A DNA stretch of 64,000 nt from Pirellulales bacterium. Lineage in GTDB: Bacteria > Planctomycetota > Planctomycetia > Pirellulales > JACPPG01. A model generated the notes under the pieces. The model was not told where the DNA came from. It worked only from the letters and a program-made list of their open reading frames with translations, and made no database searches. Position numbers and translations under genes: made by a program. Shown in pieces: positions 26,879 through 34,767 of this stretch; the stretch's first letter is position 1, and every line of letters begins with the position of its first letter. The DNA lies in the NCBI GenBank assembly GCA_036490175.1, contig DASXEJ010000343.1, positions 18,365-82,364 on the forward strand. The letters are read 5' to 3'.

Positions 26879-28207
26879 ATGTTCACGTTGCTCGGAGCCA
26901 AGCAGCGCTATTGCGACCGCGCCGCGCGCCGCAGTTTTCTCAAGATCGGCGGCCTGGTGATGGGGGGGCTCAGCCTGCCCGAGTTGCTTCGCGCCGAAGA
27001 GCAGCAGGGCATCCGCCGCTCGCACAAGTCCGTGATCATGGTCTACCTGGCCGGCGGCATGTCGCATCAAGACACGTTCGACCTGAAGACCGAGGCACCC
27101 GACGAAATTCGAGGCGAGTTCAAGCCGATCTCCTCGGTCGTGCCGGGCCTGGAAGTGGGCGAACTGCTGCCCAAGATGGCTACCGTGATGGATCGCGTGT
27201 CGCTCGTGCGCTCGATCGTGGGCTTGCGCGACGAACACTCCAGCTTTCAAAATGTCACCGGCTATACGATGGGCTCGGCACAGCGCGAGGGGCGGCCGAG
27301 TTTCGGCTCGGTCATCTCGCGATTGGCCGGACAGGTCGACCCCGTCGTGCCCGCGTTTGTCGACTTGTTCCCCACGATGCAACACAAACCGTACAACAGC
27401 CCCGGGCCGGGCATCCTGGGTCATGCGGCAGCCGGCGCCAAGGCCGACGGCGAAGATCTGGCCAGCATGAAGCTCCGCTTCGTATCGAATCAGGAATTTT
27501 CCGCGCGTCGAGAATTGCTGGCGAACTTCGATACCTTCCGCCACTCAGTCGACAGTCCGGGCGTCGACCTGCTCGACAACGCCTACCGTCGCGCTTTCGA
27601 CGTGCTCACCAGCAGCAAGCTCGTCGACGCGATGGACGTCGAAAAAGAAGATCCGGCCGTGCGCGAGCGCTACGGCCGCGGTTCGGCCAAGCACTTGGGC
27701 GATGGCGGGCCGATGTGGAACGATCAATTGCTCATGGCCCGCCGATTGGTCGAAGCCGGCGCCCGCTGCGTCACCGTGGCCTACGGCTTCTGGGACACGC
27801 ACAGCAATAACTTCGGCTGGCTAAAGGAACGACTGCCGTTGTTCGATCAAGGCATCTCGGCCCTGGTCGAGGATATTTATCAGCGAGGATTGGACCAGGA
27901 TGTGACCGTGGTCGTGTGGGGTGAATTCGGTCGCACGCCGAAGATCAACAAGGACGCCGGCCGCGACCATTGGGCACCGGTCAGCTTTGCGCTGCTTTCC
28001 GGCGGCGGCATGCGTACCGGCCAGGTCATTGGCGCGACCGATAAGATCGGCGCCTATGCCGTGTCTCGGCGGATTCAATATCAGGACGTGTTGGCAACAA
28101 TCTATCACAACCTGGGTATCGATCCCCACACGTTCGTCAAGGATTCTTCGGACCGTCCGACGGCGATCCTGCCCGAAGGGGCTCGGCCGATCAGCGAACT
28201 GGTTTGA
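26879..28207 (+). CDS. DUF1501 domain protein (sulfatase-fold) with Tat signal
   Basis: ATG 26879 behind GAAGGAA. Twin-arginine motif RRSFLKIGG. GGMSHQDTFDLK and DAGRDHWAP motifs. Confidence 0.9.
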   Translation: MFTLLGAKQRYCDRAARRSFLKIGGLVMGGLSLPELLRAEEQQGIRRSHKSVIMVYLAGGMSHQDTFDLKTEAPDEIRGEFKPISSVVPGLEVGELLPKMATVMDRVSLVRSIVGLRDEHSSFQNVTGYTMGSAQREGRPSFGSVISRLAGQVDPVVPAFVDLFPTMQHKPYNSPGPGILGHAAAGAKADGEDLASMKLRFVSNQEFSARRELLANFDTFRHSVDSPGVDLLDNAYRRAFDVLTSSKLVDAMDVEKEDPAVRERYGRGSAKHLGDGGPMWNDQLLMARRLVEAGARCVTVAYGFWDTHSNNFGWLKERLPLFDQGISALVEDIYQRGLDQDVTVVVWGEFGRTPKINKDAGRDHWAPVSFALLSGGGMRTGQVIGATDKIGAYAVSRRIQYQDVLATIYHNLGIDPHTFVKDSSDRPTAILPEGARPISELV

Positions 28208-28252
28208 TTCTCTGCCTGTCGGCCGAGGCGATCCAAAAACGGAGCACGAGCG

Positions 28253-28672
28253 ATGACGGCGCGACAGACAATGAAGCCAGGGCCCGCCACAGTCACCATG
28301 GTCGAAGAAGCAGCCGCGACAGGTCGCGTGCGCGAGATTTACGACGACATCAAGGCGACCAAGAGCATCGATTTCGTGCCGAATTTGTGGAAGACACTGG
28401 CCACGCATCCGCCGCTGTTGGAGCAGATCTGGACACGGCTGAAAGTAACCATGGCCCCGGGGCGCCTCGACCCGCTGACCAAAGAGATGATCGCCCTGGC
28501 AGTCTCGGCCACCAACGGCTGCGCCTATTGCGTCAACTCGCACACCGCTGCCGTGAAAAAGTTAGGGCTCGACGACGAAGGGCTAGGCGAGCTGATGGCT
28601 GTTGTGGCTATGTTCAATTCGACCAACAGCCTAGCCGACGGCTATCAAGTTGAGCCGGATATTCTGCCCTGA
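28253..28672 (+). CDS. Carboxymuconolactone decarboxylase / AhpD-like family protein
   Basis: GGAG 10 nt upstream of the ATG. CxxC-containing motif TNGCAYCVNSHTAA. Confidence 0.85.
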   Translation: MTARQTMKPGPATVTMVEEAAATGRVREIYDDIKATKSIDFVPNLWKTLATHPPLLEQIWTRLKVTMAPGRLDPLTKEMIALAVSATNGCAYCVNSHTAAVKKLGLDDEGLGELMAVVAMFNSTNSLADGYQVEPDILP

Positions 28673-28936
28673 GCGTATGCAGCGCCGGCGTGCCACGAAG
28701 ACTTCGTTACCGAGATACAGCTTGCCAGCGCGACCGCCAATCCGCTGATTTTTACCCGCCGGCGCCCGTTTTCCCCAGCCAAATGGCCGTATTTCACTTG
28801 GCTTTTGCTGTTACGGGGATTAGTCTCAATAGGTTGTAGGCCCGCTATGCTTTTGATTGCTTCCGCCTGTGCTTTGGCACTCGCGCCGTTGGGCCGCTCG
28901 CCGGAACGAGAAAACGATACGAGGAGAGCGTTTGCC

Positions 28937-29890
28937 ATGACAACGAATCATCGCCTGACTGCCGGGTTCGTGCGCTCGATCGCTGCCGGATTGATCGCTG
29001 CGCTTGTCGGTACGTGCCTGTTGGCCGACGTCAGTTCGGCCGCCGATAGTCGCAGCAAGTCGAAATCTAAATCCGCCGCCGGCAAGTACAACCCCGACGA
29101 TGCTTCGGTCGAAATGTTCGAAGGGATGAAAAACGGCGATATCGAGGTGAAGTTCATTCCCAAGGATTCGTCGCAGGCCAACGTGCTGATCACCAACAAA
29201 AGCGACAAGCCGCTGAACGTGAAGCTGCCCGAGGCGTTTGCCGCCGTGCCTGTGTTGGCACAACTCGGTCGAGGGGGTGGCGTCGGAGGTGGGGCCGGCG
29301 GTGGCGGCATGATGGGCGGCGGTATGAACCAAGGTATGGGTGGCGGCATGGGGGGTGGCGGAATGATGGGGGGCGGCGGCATGGGTGGTGGCATGGGCAT
29401 GATGAACATCCCGGCCGAGAAAGTCGCCAAGTTCAAAGTCACCTGCGTCTGCTTGGAGCATGGCAAGGTCGAGCCGCGCGCCGCGGTTCCTTATCGCGTC
29501 ATTCCGATCGAAGAATTCACCAAGAGCCCAGGCGTCCGCGAATTGTGTGCGCTGCTCGGCGCGGGCAAGATCAAGCAACGCGTGGCACAAGCTTCTGCCT
29601 GGAATCTGAATAACGGTATGGGCTGGGATGCACTGGCCGCCAAGCGCATCGAGTACATTGGCGGAGCCAGCGACTCCTACTTCAATGTCGAAGAGTTGCG
29701 GGAAGCCATGTCTGTGTCGAACGAGGCCACCGTCATGGCCGAGCAGCAGCGCCGCGCGACGCCCGAGAAGAGTCCGGGCGAGACGGCCGTCAGTGCTGGC
29801 GGATTTCGCGAAGAATCCGCGACGGGTCCTGCCGCGGGAAGCGTGGCAACGGATCAGCCAGTACCGCGACGCAAGGCAGCCAGCCGCTAA
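28937..29890 (+). CDS. Secreted hypothetical protein interrupted by a 46-residue Gly/Met tract
   Basis: ATG 28937, signal peptide (..LIAALVGTCLLADVSSAA). The tract GRGGGVGGGAGGGGMMGGGMNQGMGGGMGGGGMMGGGGMGGGMGMM is encoded at nt 29267-29404. The flanking sequence looks globular. Confidence 0.65.
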   Translation: MTTNHRLTAGFVRSIAAGLIAALVGTCLLADVSSAADSRSKSKSKSAAGKYNPDDASVEMFEGMKNGDIEVKFIPKDSSQANVLITNKSDKPLNVKLPEAFAAVPVLAQLGRGGGVGGGAGGGGMMGGGMNQGMGGGMGGGGMMGGGGMGGGMGMMNIPAEKVAKFKVTCVCLEHGKVEPRAAVPYRVIPIEEFTKSPGVRELCALLGAGKIKQRVAQASAWNLNNGMGWDALAAKRIEYIGGASDSYFNVEELREAMSVSNEATVMAEQQRRATPEKSPGETAVSAGGFREESATGPAAGSVATDQPVPRRKAASR

Positions 29891-29966
29891 ATCGCAACTG
29901 GCGGCCAGATAGCGCCACATTCAGAAAGGCGCGGATATCTCTCGGCGGCTGTACGTGCGCCGGTGG

Positions 29967-31475
29967 TCAATCGGCCGATTTGCGCAGCCGAGCCATTCTC
30001 GTACGTAATTCCTGCTCAAAAGTGAGCCGGCCCTGTTCCCACTCGGCACGTTCCTGGCCGACCTGATTTTGCAGCGCGCTCATAGCTTCCTCCCGCTGGG
30101 CGAGCGCGGCCGCCTGTAGGTCGAATTCTTGTTGGCGGCGCTGGGCCCATTGACCGAGATCCTCTTTCTTCGCGGCCAGACTTTTTGATTGGGCGGTGAC
30201 CTCTTGGCCTAACCGAGCGAGCGCCGCGCGTTCGTCCGCGATTCTGCCGGTCGTTAGTCGCCAATGATCGGCCAGCCGCTCGCGCGATTGGGCTAAAGCG
30301 CTCGCCACTGCGGCCGGGGCCGCTACGCCCGTCAGCGCGGCCAGCGTTTCCTCGGCAACCAGCCGTGCTTCGAGGCTCTCGCGTTGCAGCTGCACGAGCT
30401 CATCGCGCATTCGCTCTAGACTTGCTTGCCGCTGGTCGAGCTGCTCGTTGCGCCGCTGCAGAAGTTCGCGTTTTTCGGCCGTCTCGGCGGCGGTCGCACG
30501 TTGGCTGTCGGCAAGCCTGCGGCGCTCGATGCGCGCTTGCTCGGCCAACTCGTGGCGCTCTTGCTCTAATTCGTGCCGCATCGCTGCCAGTTCCGTCTCG
30601 GCGCGCAACTGCAACTGTTCAGCTTGGGTCAGATGCTGCTCGCGTCGAGCCAGTCCTTCGGCGATTTCGGTTAGCTCTCGTGCGCGTTGTTTTTGTTCCG
30701 GACTGGGTCGCTGCGCCTGCGATGCCAATTGCGCGCGACGTCGTTCCGTCGCTTCTGCCGCAATCTCGATAGCAGCGCGACGGCGTTCCAGATGCGCGAG
30801 CGCCTGCCGAATTGTGTCGAGGTTCGTGCTGCGATCGTTGTCCAGCTGCTGCCGGGCGCGGGTGCGGACGTTGTGCTCTCGTTCGCGCAGCAATTCCAAC
30901 TCGCGCTGGGCCGTCTGTTGTGCCTTGGCTTGCCGCGTGAGGCGCTCGTTCAGTCGATCGAGCGCGGCCTGCCGCAGCGAAAGCTCCTCGCTGCGTTTGT
31001 GGAGAGCGGACTCTTCCTTGGTACGTGCTGCGTCGTCCGCTGCCGCCAGGGCGTTCAGTTCCCGCGCGCGGACGGCAAGCTGCCGCTCGTGCTCTTTGGA
31101 TGCTGCTTCCCGCTCGCTCAGCTCTTGGTGGCGCTCGGTGAGCCATAGGCGTGCTGCCCGCAACTGACCGTCAAGCTCCGCGGCCTGGGCGTTCTGCTGC
31201 GCCTCGCGGCGATCGAGATCTTGCTGCCGCTCGTGCAGCAGGCGGGCCAACTGCCGTCCTTGTGAGCGCAAGCGTGCCAACAGGTCGCTAGCGGGCACTA
31301 CCGAGGCCTCGCCCGATGCGAGTGCGCGCGGCGTTAGCGGCTCGTTTGGCGCGGCAGTCGTTGGCGGCGCGCTCCACAGCGCGTGCGCCATATCGACACG
31401 AGTCCCGCCGGGCGCGAGGACAAATGCACCCGAGGAATCCGGAGCGGAGGCGCGGACCTGAAAGGAATCGGACAT
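29967..31475 (-). CDS. Long coiled-coil hypothetical protein (Arg/Glu/Gln/Ala/Leu-rich)
   Basis: 502-aa ORF from ATG 31475. After about 60 N-terminal residues it is almost entirely heptad-like charged helix (..RQLARLLHERQQDLDRREAQQNAQAAELD..). No TM segment or signal peptide. Confidence 0.65.
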   Translation of the reverse strand: MSDSFQVRASAPDSSGAFVLAPGGTRVDMAHALWSAPPTTAAPNEPLTPRALASGEASVVPASDLLARLRSQGRQLARLLHERQQDLDRREAQQNAQAAELDGQLRAARLWLTERHQELSEREAASKEHERQLAVRARELNALAAADDAARTKEESALHKRSEELSLRQAALDRLNERLTRQAKAQQTAQRELELLREREHNVRTRARQQLDNDRSTNLDTIRQALAHLERRRAAIEIAAEATERRRAQLASQAQRPSPEQKQRARELTEIAEGLARREQHLTQAEQLQLRAETELAAMRHELEQERHELAEQARIERRRLADSQRATAAETAEKRELLQRRNEQLDQRQASLERMRDELVQLQRESLEARLVAEETLAALTGVAAPAAVASALAQSRERLADHWRLTTGRIADERAALARLGQEVTAQSKSLAAKKEDLGQWAQRRQQEFDLQAAALAQREEAMSALQNQVGQERAEWEQGRLTFEQELRTRMARLRKSAD

Positions 31476-31674
31476 GCGGCCGCCGGGGGCTGGCCCTGGA
31501 ATTTACTGCGGAGGAACGTTCCCTCTGCGCGGGCGGCGAGAGTTCGCCACCTTCCAGTGATCGGCCAGCCCGGCAAGAGAAATTCACCGCAATCCCCGGC
31601 CGGCGCACAAACATGCTACCGGCCCAGGCGAAAGGTCGCCCGCGCTGCGTGTTTCGCAGGGCACACGAGTGCTA

Positions 31675-32004
31675 TCAGCCTTTGGCCGCATCCAGGGCGG
31701 CTTGCAAGCGGCTCTTCGGCTGCACGCCCACGAAGCGATCGACCACCTCGCCCCCCTTGAAGATCATCAAGGTGGGAATGCTGCTGACGCCGAACTGCGT
31801 GGCGGCGCTGGGGCTGTCGTCGATGTTGATTTTGCCAATCTTCACCGTTCCCTTGTACTCTTGCGCCAACTCTTCGACCAATGGGGCGATCATGCGGCAA
31901 GGACCGCACCACGGAGCCCAGAAGTCGACCAGCACGGGGTCTTGGCTGCCCAGTACTTCGTCCTGGAAATTACCGTCGGTGAACTCGGTGACGTTGCCGG
32001 CCAT
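31675..32004 (-). CDS. trxA: Thioredoxin
   Basis: ATG 32004 behind GGGAGAA. Active site WAPWCGPCRMIAP. 109 aa. The track's longer version starts at a TTG (32067) inside the predicted 5' UTR. Confidence 0.95.
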   Translation of the reverse strand: MAGNVTEFTDGNFQDEVLGSQDPVLVDFWAPWCGPCRMIAPLVEELAQEYKGTVKIGKINIDDSPSAATQFGVSSIPTLMIFKGGEVVDRFVGVQPKSRLQAALDAAKG

Positions 32005-32094
32005 TGTGATATTTCTCCCAGAATCGCCCAGCGGCCGACGACCAACGACAGGGTCCGCCGCAGCCAACTGCTTTATTCTCGATACGCGAAAAAA

Positions 32095-32122
32095 ATTATA
32101 GGAACCCCTAGGGGGGTGTCAA
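32095..32122 (-). promoter_or_regulatory. Consensus sigma70 promoter for trxA with a palindromic spacer
   Basis: The minus strand reads TTGACA (32122-32117), 16 nt, TATAAT (32100-32095). The spacer contains the perfect palindrome CCCCTAGGGG (32105-32114). Confidence 0.65.
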
Positions 32123-32311
32123 CGAACTGGCGGCGGTCCGCCCCCGCGCTTACCGCGGGAAAGAGCCGGCCAGGCGCGGATTCGCCAAGGCAGGCCGAAT
32201 TGCCGATCCCCAGTCCTGTTTCCTGCATCGCTGGACACGTCGTGCGGACGGCTATCGTTTGCATCGACGCCTGACTAGTCCTACCTTGAGCGTGACGCCA
32301 CACGCATTCCG

Positions 32312-32340
32312 ATCGCTTTCAGACTCATCGCTTTCAGACT
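32312..32340. repeat. Tandem 14-bp direct repeat in the leader of the yhdH-like gene
   Basis: ATCGCTTTCAGACT occurs at 32312-32325 and 32327-32340 (period 15), ending 6 nt before the GGAG SD of the ATG at 32357. Confidence 0.6.
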
Positions 32341-32356
32341 TACCGCGGAGATCGTC

Positions 32357-33361
32357 ATGACCCCCGACAGATTTCGCTGCTACCTGGTCACTAAGAACGA
32401 AGCGGGCAACGCGCAAGCGGCGATCTCGCACAAAACGATCGAGGAATTGCCTGCTGGCGAAGTGCTGATTCGCGTCGCGTATTCTTCGCTCAATTACAAA
32501 GATGCCCTGTCGGCTACGGGCAACCCGGGGGTGACGCGCAAGTTTCCGCATATTCCCGGTATCGATGTGGCCGGCAGCGTGGTCGATAGTCGCAGTGCCG
32601 AATTCCGTCCCGGCGACGAAGTGCTCGTCACCGGCTACGACTTGGGCCAGAACACGTGGGGTGGGTTCGCCGAATATGCGCGCGTGCCGGCCGCCTGGGT
32701 CGTGCCGCTCCCGGCCGGGCTTACCCTGCGCGAAAGTATGATCTACGGCACCGCCGGCTTTACCGCCGCGCAGAGCGTCGCGGCCATCGCCCATCACGGA
32801 ATCGAACCCGGGCGCGGCGATGTGTTGGTCACCGGCGCCAGCGGTGGCGTGGGTATTCTGTCGGTGGCGTTTCTTGCCAAATTGGGTTATCGCGTGATCG
32901 CGGCCAGCGGCAAGCCGGCGGCGCATGACCTGGTGAAGTTGGCCGGCGCTGCCGAGATCGTGTCGCGCGACGACGTGCGCGACGCCAGCGAGAAGCCGTT
33001 ACTGCCGGCTCGCTGGGTGGCCGCGGTCGATACCGTCGGCGGCGACACATTGGCGACCGTCGTCCGCTCGCTCGATCGGGGCGGGTGCGTGGCCGCGTGC
33101 GGTTTGGTCGGCGGCACGGGCCTCAAGCTCACCGTGTTTCCCTTCCTGCTGCGTGGCGTCAGTCTCACGGGCATCGATTCGGCCGAATGCCCGATGGCGA
33201 CGCGTCGCAAATTGTGGCAGCGCCTGGCCACCGACTGGAAGCCCGATTGTCTGCCGCGGCTGGCCACGGAAGTCGGCTTCGGCGAATTGGGCGCCAAGAT
33301 CGATAAGATACTCGCCGGCCAGGTGGCGGGGCGCGTGGTGGTTAAACCGAGCGGCGTATAA
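32357..33361 (+). CDS. YhdH/YhfP (AcuI-like) family NADPH:quinone/acrylyl-CoA oxidoreductase, MDR superfamily
   Basis: GGAG SD. ..VLIRVAYSSLNYKDALSATGNPGVTRKFPHIPGIDVAGSVV.. and VLVTGASGGVG are typical of the family. Confidence 0.9.
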   Translation: MTPDRFRCYLVTKNEAGNAQAAISHKTIEELPAGEVLIRVAYSSLNYKDALSATGNPGVTRKFPHIPGIDVAGSVVDSRSAEFRPGDEVLVTGYDLGQNTWGGFAEYARVPAAWVVPLPAGLTLRESMIYGTAGFTAAQSVAAIAHHGIEPGRGDVLVTGASGGVGILSVAFLAKLGYRVIAASGKPAAHDLVKLAGAAEIVSRDDVRDASEKPLLPARWVAAVDTVGGDTLATVVRSLDRGGCVAACGLVGGTGLKLTVFPFLLRGVSLTGIDSAECPMATRRKLWQRLATDWKPDCLPRLATEVGFGELGAKIDKILAGQVAGRVVVKPSGV

Positions 33362-33436
33362 GGCATTCCCTGCGCGATGCGAGCGACTTCGAGCACATGG
33401 GGTGATTACCCCATGAAAATTGTCGCGCGATCCAGG

Positions 33437-33464
33437 GGAATTATTCAATTAATGGAATTATTCA
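33437..33464. repeat. AT-rich direct repeat GGAATTATTCA x2 (17-nt period)
   Basis: GGAATTATTCA occurs at 33437-33447 and 33454-33464, separated by ATTAAT. Located between convergent genes. Confidence 0.6.
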
Positions 33465-33504
33465 CCGCTCGCAAAAACGACGTCCGACCGGACCACTTGC
33501 GCGT

Positions 33505-33531
33505 TTTCCCAGGGAAATGAGAACATTTCCC
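33505..33531. repeat. Nested palindromes built from TTTCCC/GGGAAA
   Basis: TTTCCC-A-GGGAAA (33505-33517) overlaps GGGAAATG-AGAA-CATTTCCC (33512-33531). Confidence 0.6.
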
Positions 33532-33705
33532 TGAATTCTGTCCGCGCGCTTGGTCAACTAACCCGCCGGAACATGCTGGCAATATAGCGACCGAGTGCGG
33601 ACATCTCTGGCCGTATTTCCGGCCACCGCGGCCACGACCTGCGGCGTAGCGAAATCCGCTGCCCGGCCTACAGGACGTCGCTTGTGCGTGCCGGCAATAT
33701 TCTCG

Positions 33706-34449
33706 CTACGGCCGGACGCGCGGCGGCAAGGCAGACGCGTTCACGTCGGCCGGCGTCAGCTCGAGCTGATCGAAATCGGCCTCGCCCGTCCCTCCGTTCA
33801 GGCCGATCACGATCAGAGCCAATCGCGTCGACTCGGGCACCACGATCCGGGTTGCCACTTCCGACCAATCGCGCGTGCCGGCCCACGGGCCGATTGTTTC
33901 GTCCCCCACCTGTGCATCGTCCGCGTCGTAGAAGCGGATCTTGACGCTTGCCTGATCAGATAATGCCTGGCCCGGCGCGGCGTCGCGCACCGCGACCCAC
34001 AGCGAAGCGTCCAAGGCCCGCACCTGGCGACCATCGAGCGCCAAATGCTGCTCGGCCTGCGCCGAGCGGCCAGGCACGCTGTTGCGGAAGCGCACATAGC
34101 GCTGCCCGTGCGGCGCAGCGGCCCCGTCCATGACTTGCATCTGTTGCACGTAATACCAGGCCGATGGCCGACTAGGGTCTTTGACTGTTGCTGCCTCGAA
34201 ACTGCCGTTTTTTATTAGCGGTGCGGCCGCACGATCGGCGCCGTCAACGATCGTGGCCGTAGCGCAAAGAATTGTCGCGCACAGTATCAGCGCGGCCGGC
34301 CGATGGGGACTGACGTCGACAGTCGCACGGCCCACGGCATTGTGGCCAGTACACTTGACGACGCGCGCCGCCTTGCGAGCTGCCCAGTGTGTCACTCCGG
34401 CGTTTGCCATGGCGGATTCCAGCGCGTTCTTTGCAATCGGATATATCAA
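33706..34449 (-). CDS. Hypothetical secreted protein, possibly CBM/jelly-roll-like
   Basis: Hydrophobic N-terminal segment (..AALILCATILCATATIV..), then ..IKNGSFEAATVKDPSRPSAWYY..VRFRNS..ASVKIRFYDADDAQV..ADFDQLELT.., reminiscent of carbohydrate-binding-module folds. This is a weak call and the start is uncertain. Confidence 0.55.
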   Translation of the reverse strand: MIYPIAKNALESAMANAGVTHWAARKAARVVKCTGHNAVGRATVDVSPHRPAALILCATILCATATIVDGADRAAAPLIKNGSFEAATVKDPSRPSAWYYVQQMQVMDGAAAPHGQRYVRFRNSVPGRSAQAEQHLALDGRQVRALDASLWVAVRDAAPGQALSDQASVKIRFYDADDAQVGDETIGPWAGTRDWSEVATRIVVPESTRLALIVIGLNGGTGEADFDQLELTPADVNASALPPRVRP

Positions 34450-34767
34450 ATATGGATTTGGCTCTTTATTGAGCCCTATAGACTGCCGTCACGATCGGGA
34501 TCGTTTCCGTTTGCCAAAATAAATTGGTTCCGCGTGCCAGGACGAGTTTGTTTCGCCACTGAAAATTGACGAAACGTTCGCGACTTCACGACTCTTCTGA
34601 ACAAGCCAGCGCTGGCGCTCTGAAGCACTATCGTCACTCGCGCGACTGGCCAGTGGCACCCTATGGAGCCCTCGAAAAAGGCCCGGCCGCCGCGACGACA
34701 ATAATAAGCTTACCACGATGGATGCTTCGCACGACGGATAAGGTACAGTTGTGGCAATAGGAATTTC

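Noticed and set aside
26390-27544. 384-aa minus-strand ORF overlapping the moxR/DUF1501 intergenic region and the 5' half of the DUF1501 gene
   Set aside because: It is antisense to a gene with clear family motifs (Tat signal, GGMSHQDTFDLK, GRDHW). Its product is Arg/Ala/Gly/His-rich with no motifs, which is the typical stop-codon-poor antisense frame of a GC-rich genome.
30448-31167. 239-aa Ser/Arg/Cys/Ala-rich ORF antisense to the coiled-coil gene
   Set aside because: It is low-complexity with no start context. The minus-strand frame gives a continuous heptad-like coiled coil starting at an ATG. Coding strand should still be verified experimentally.
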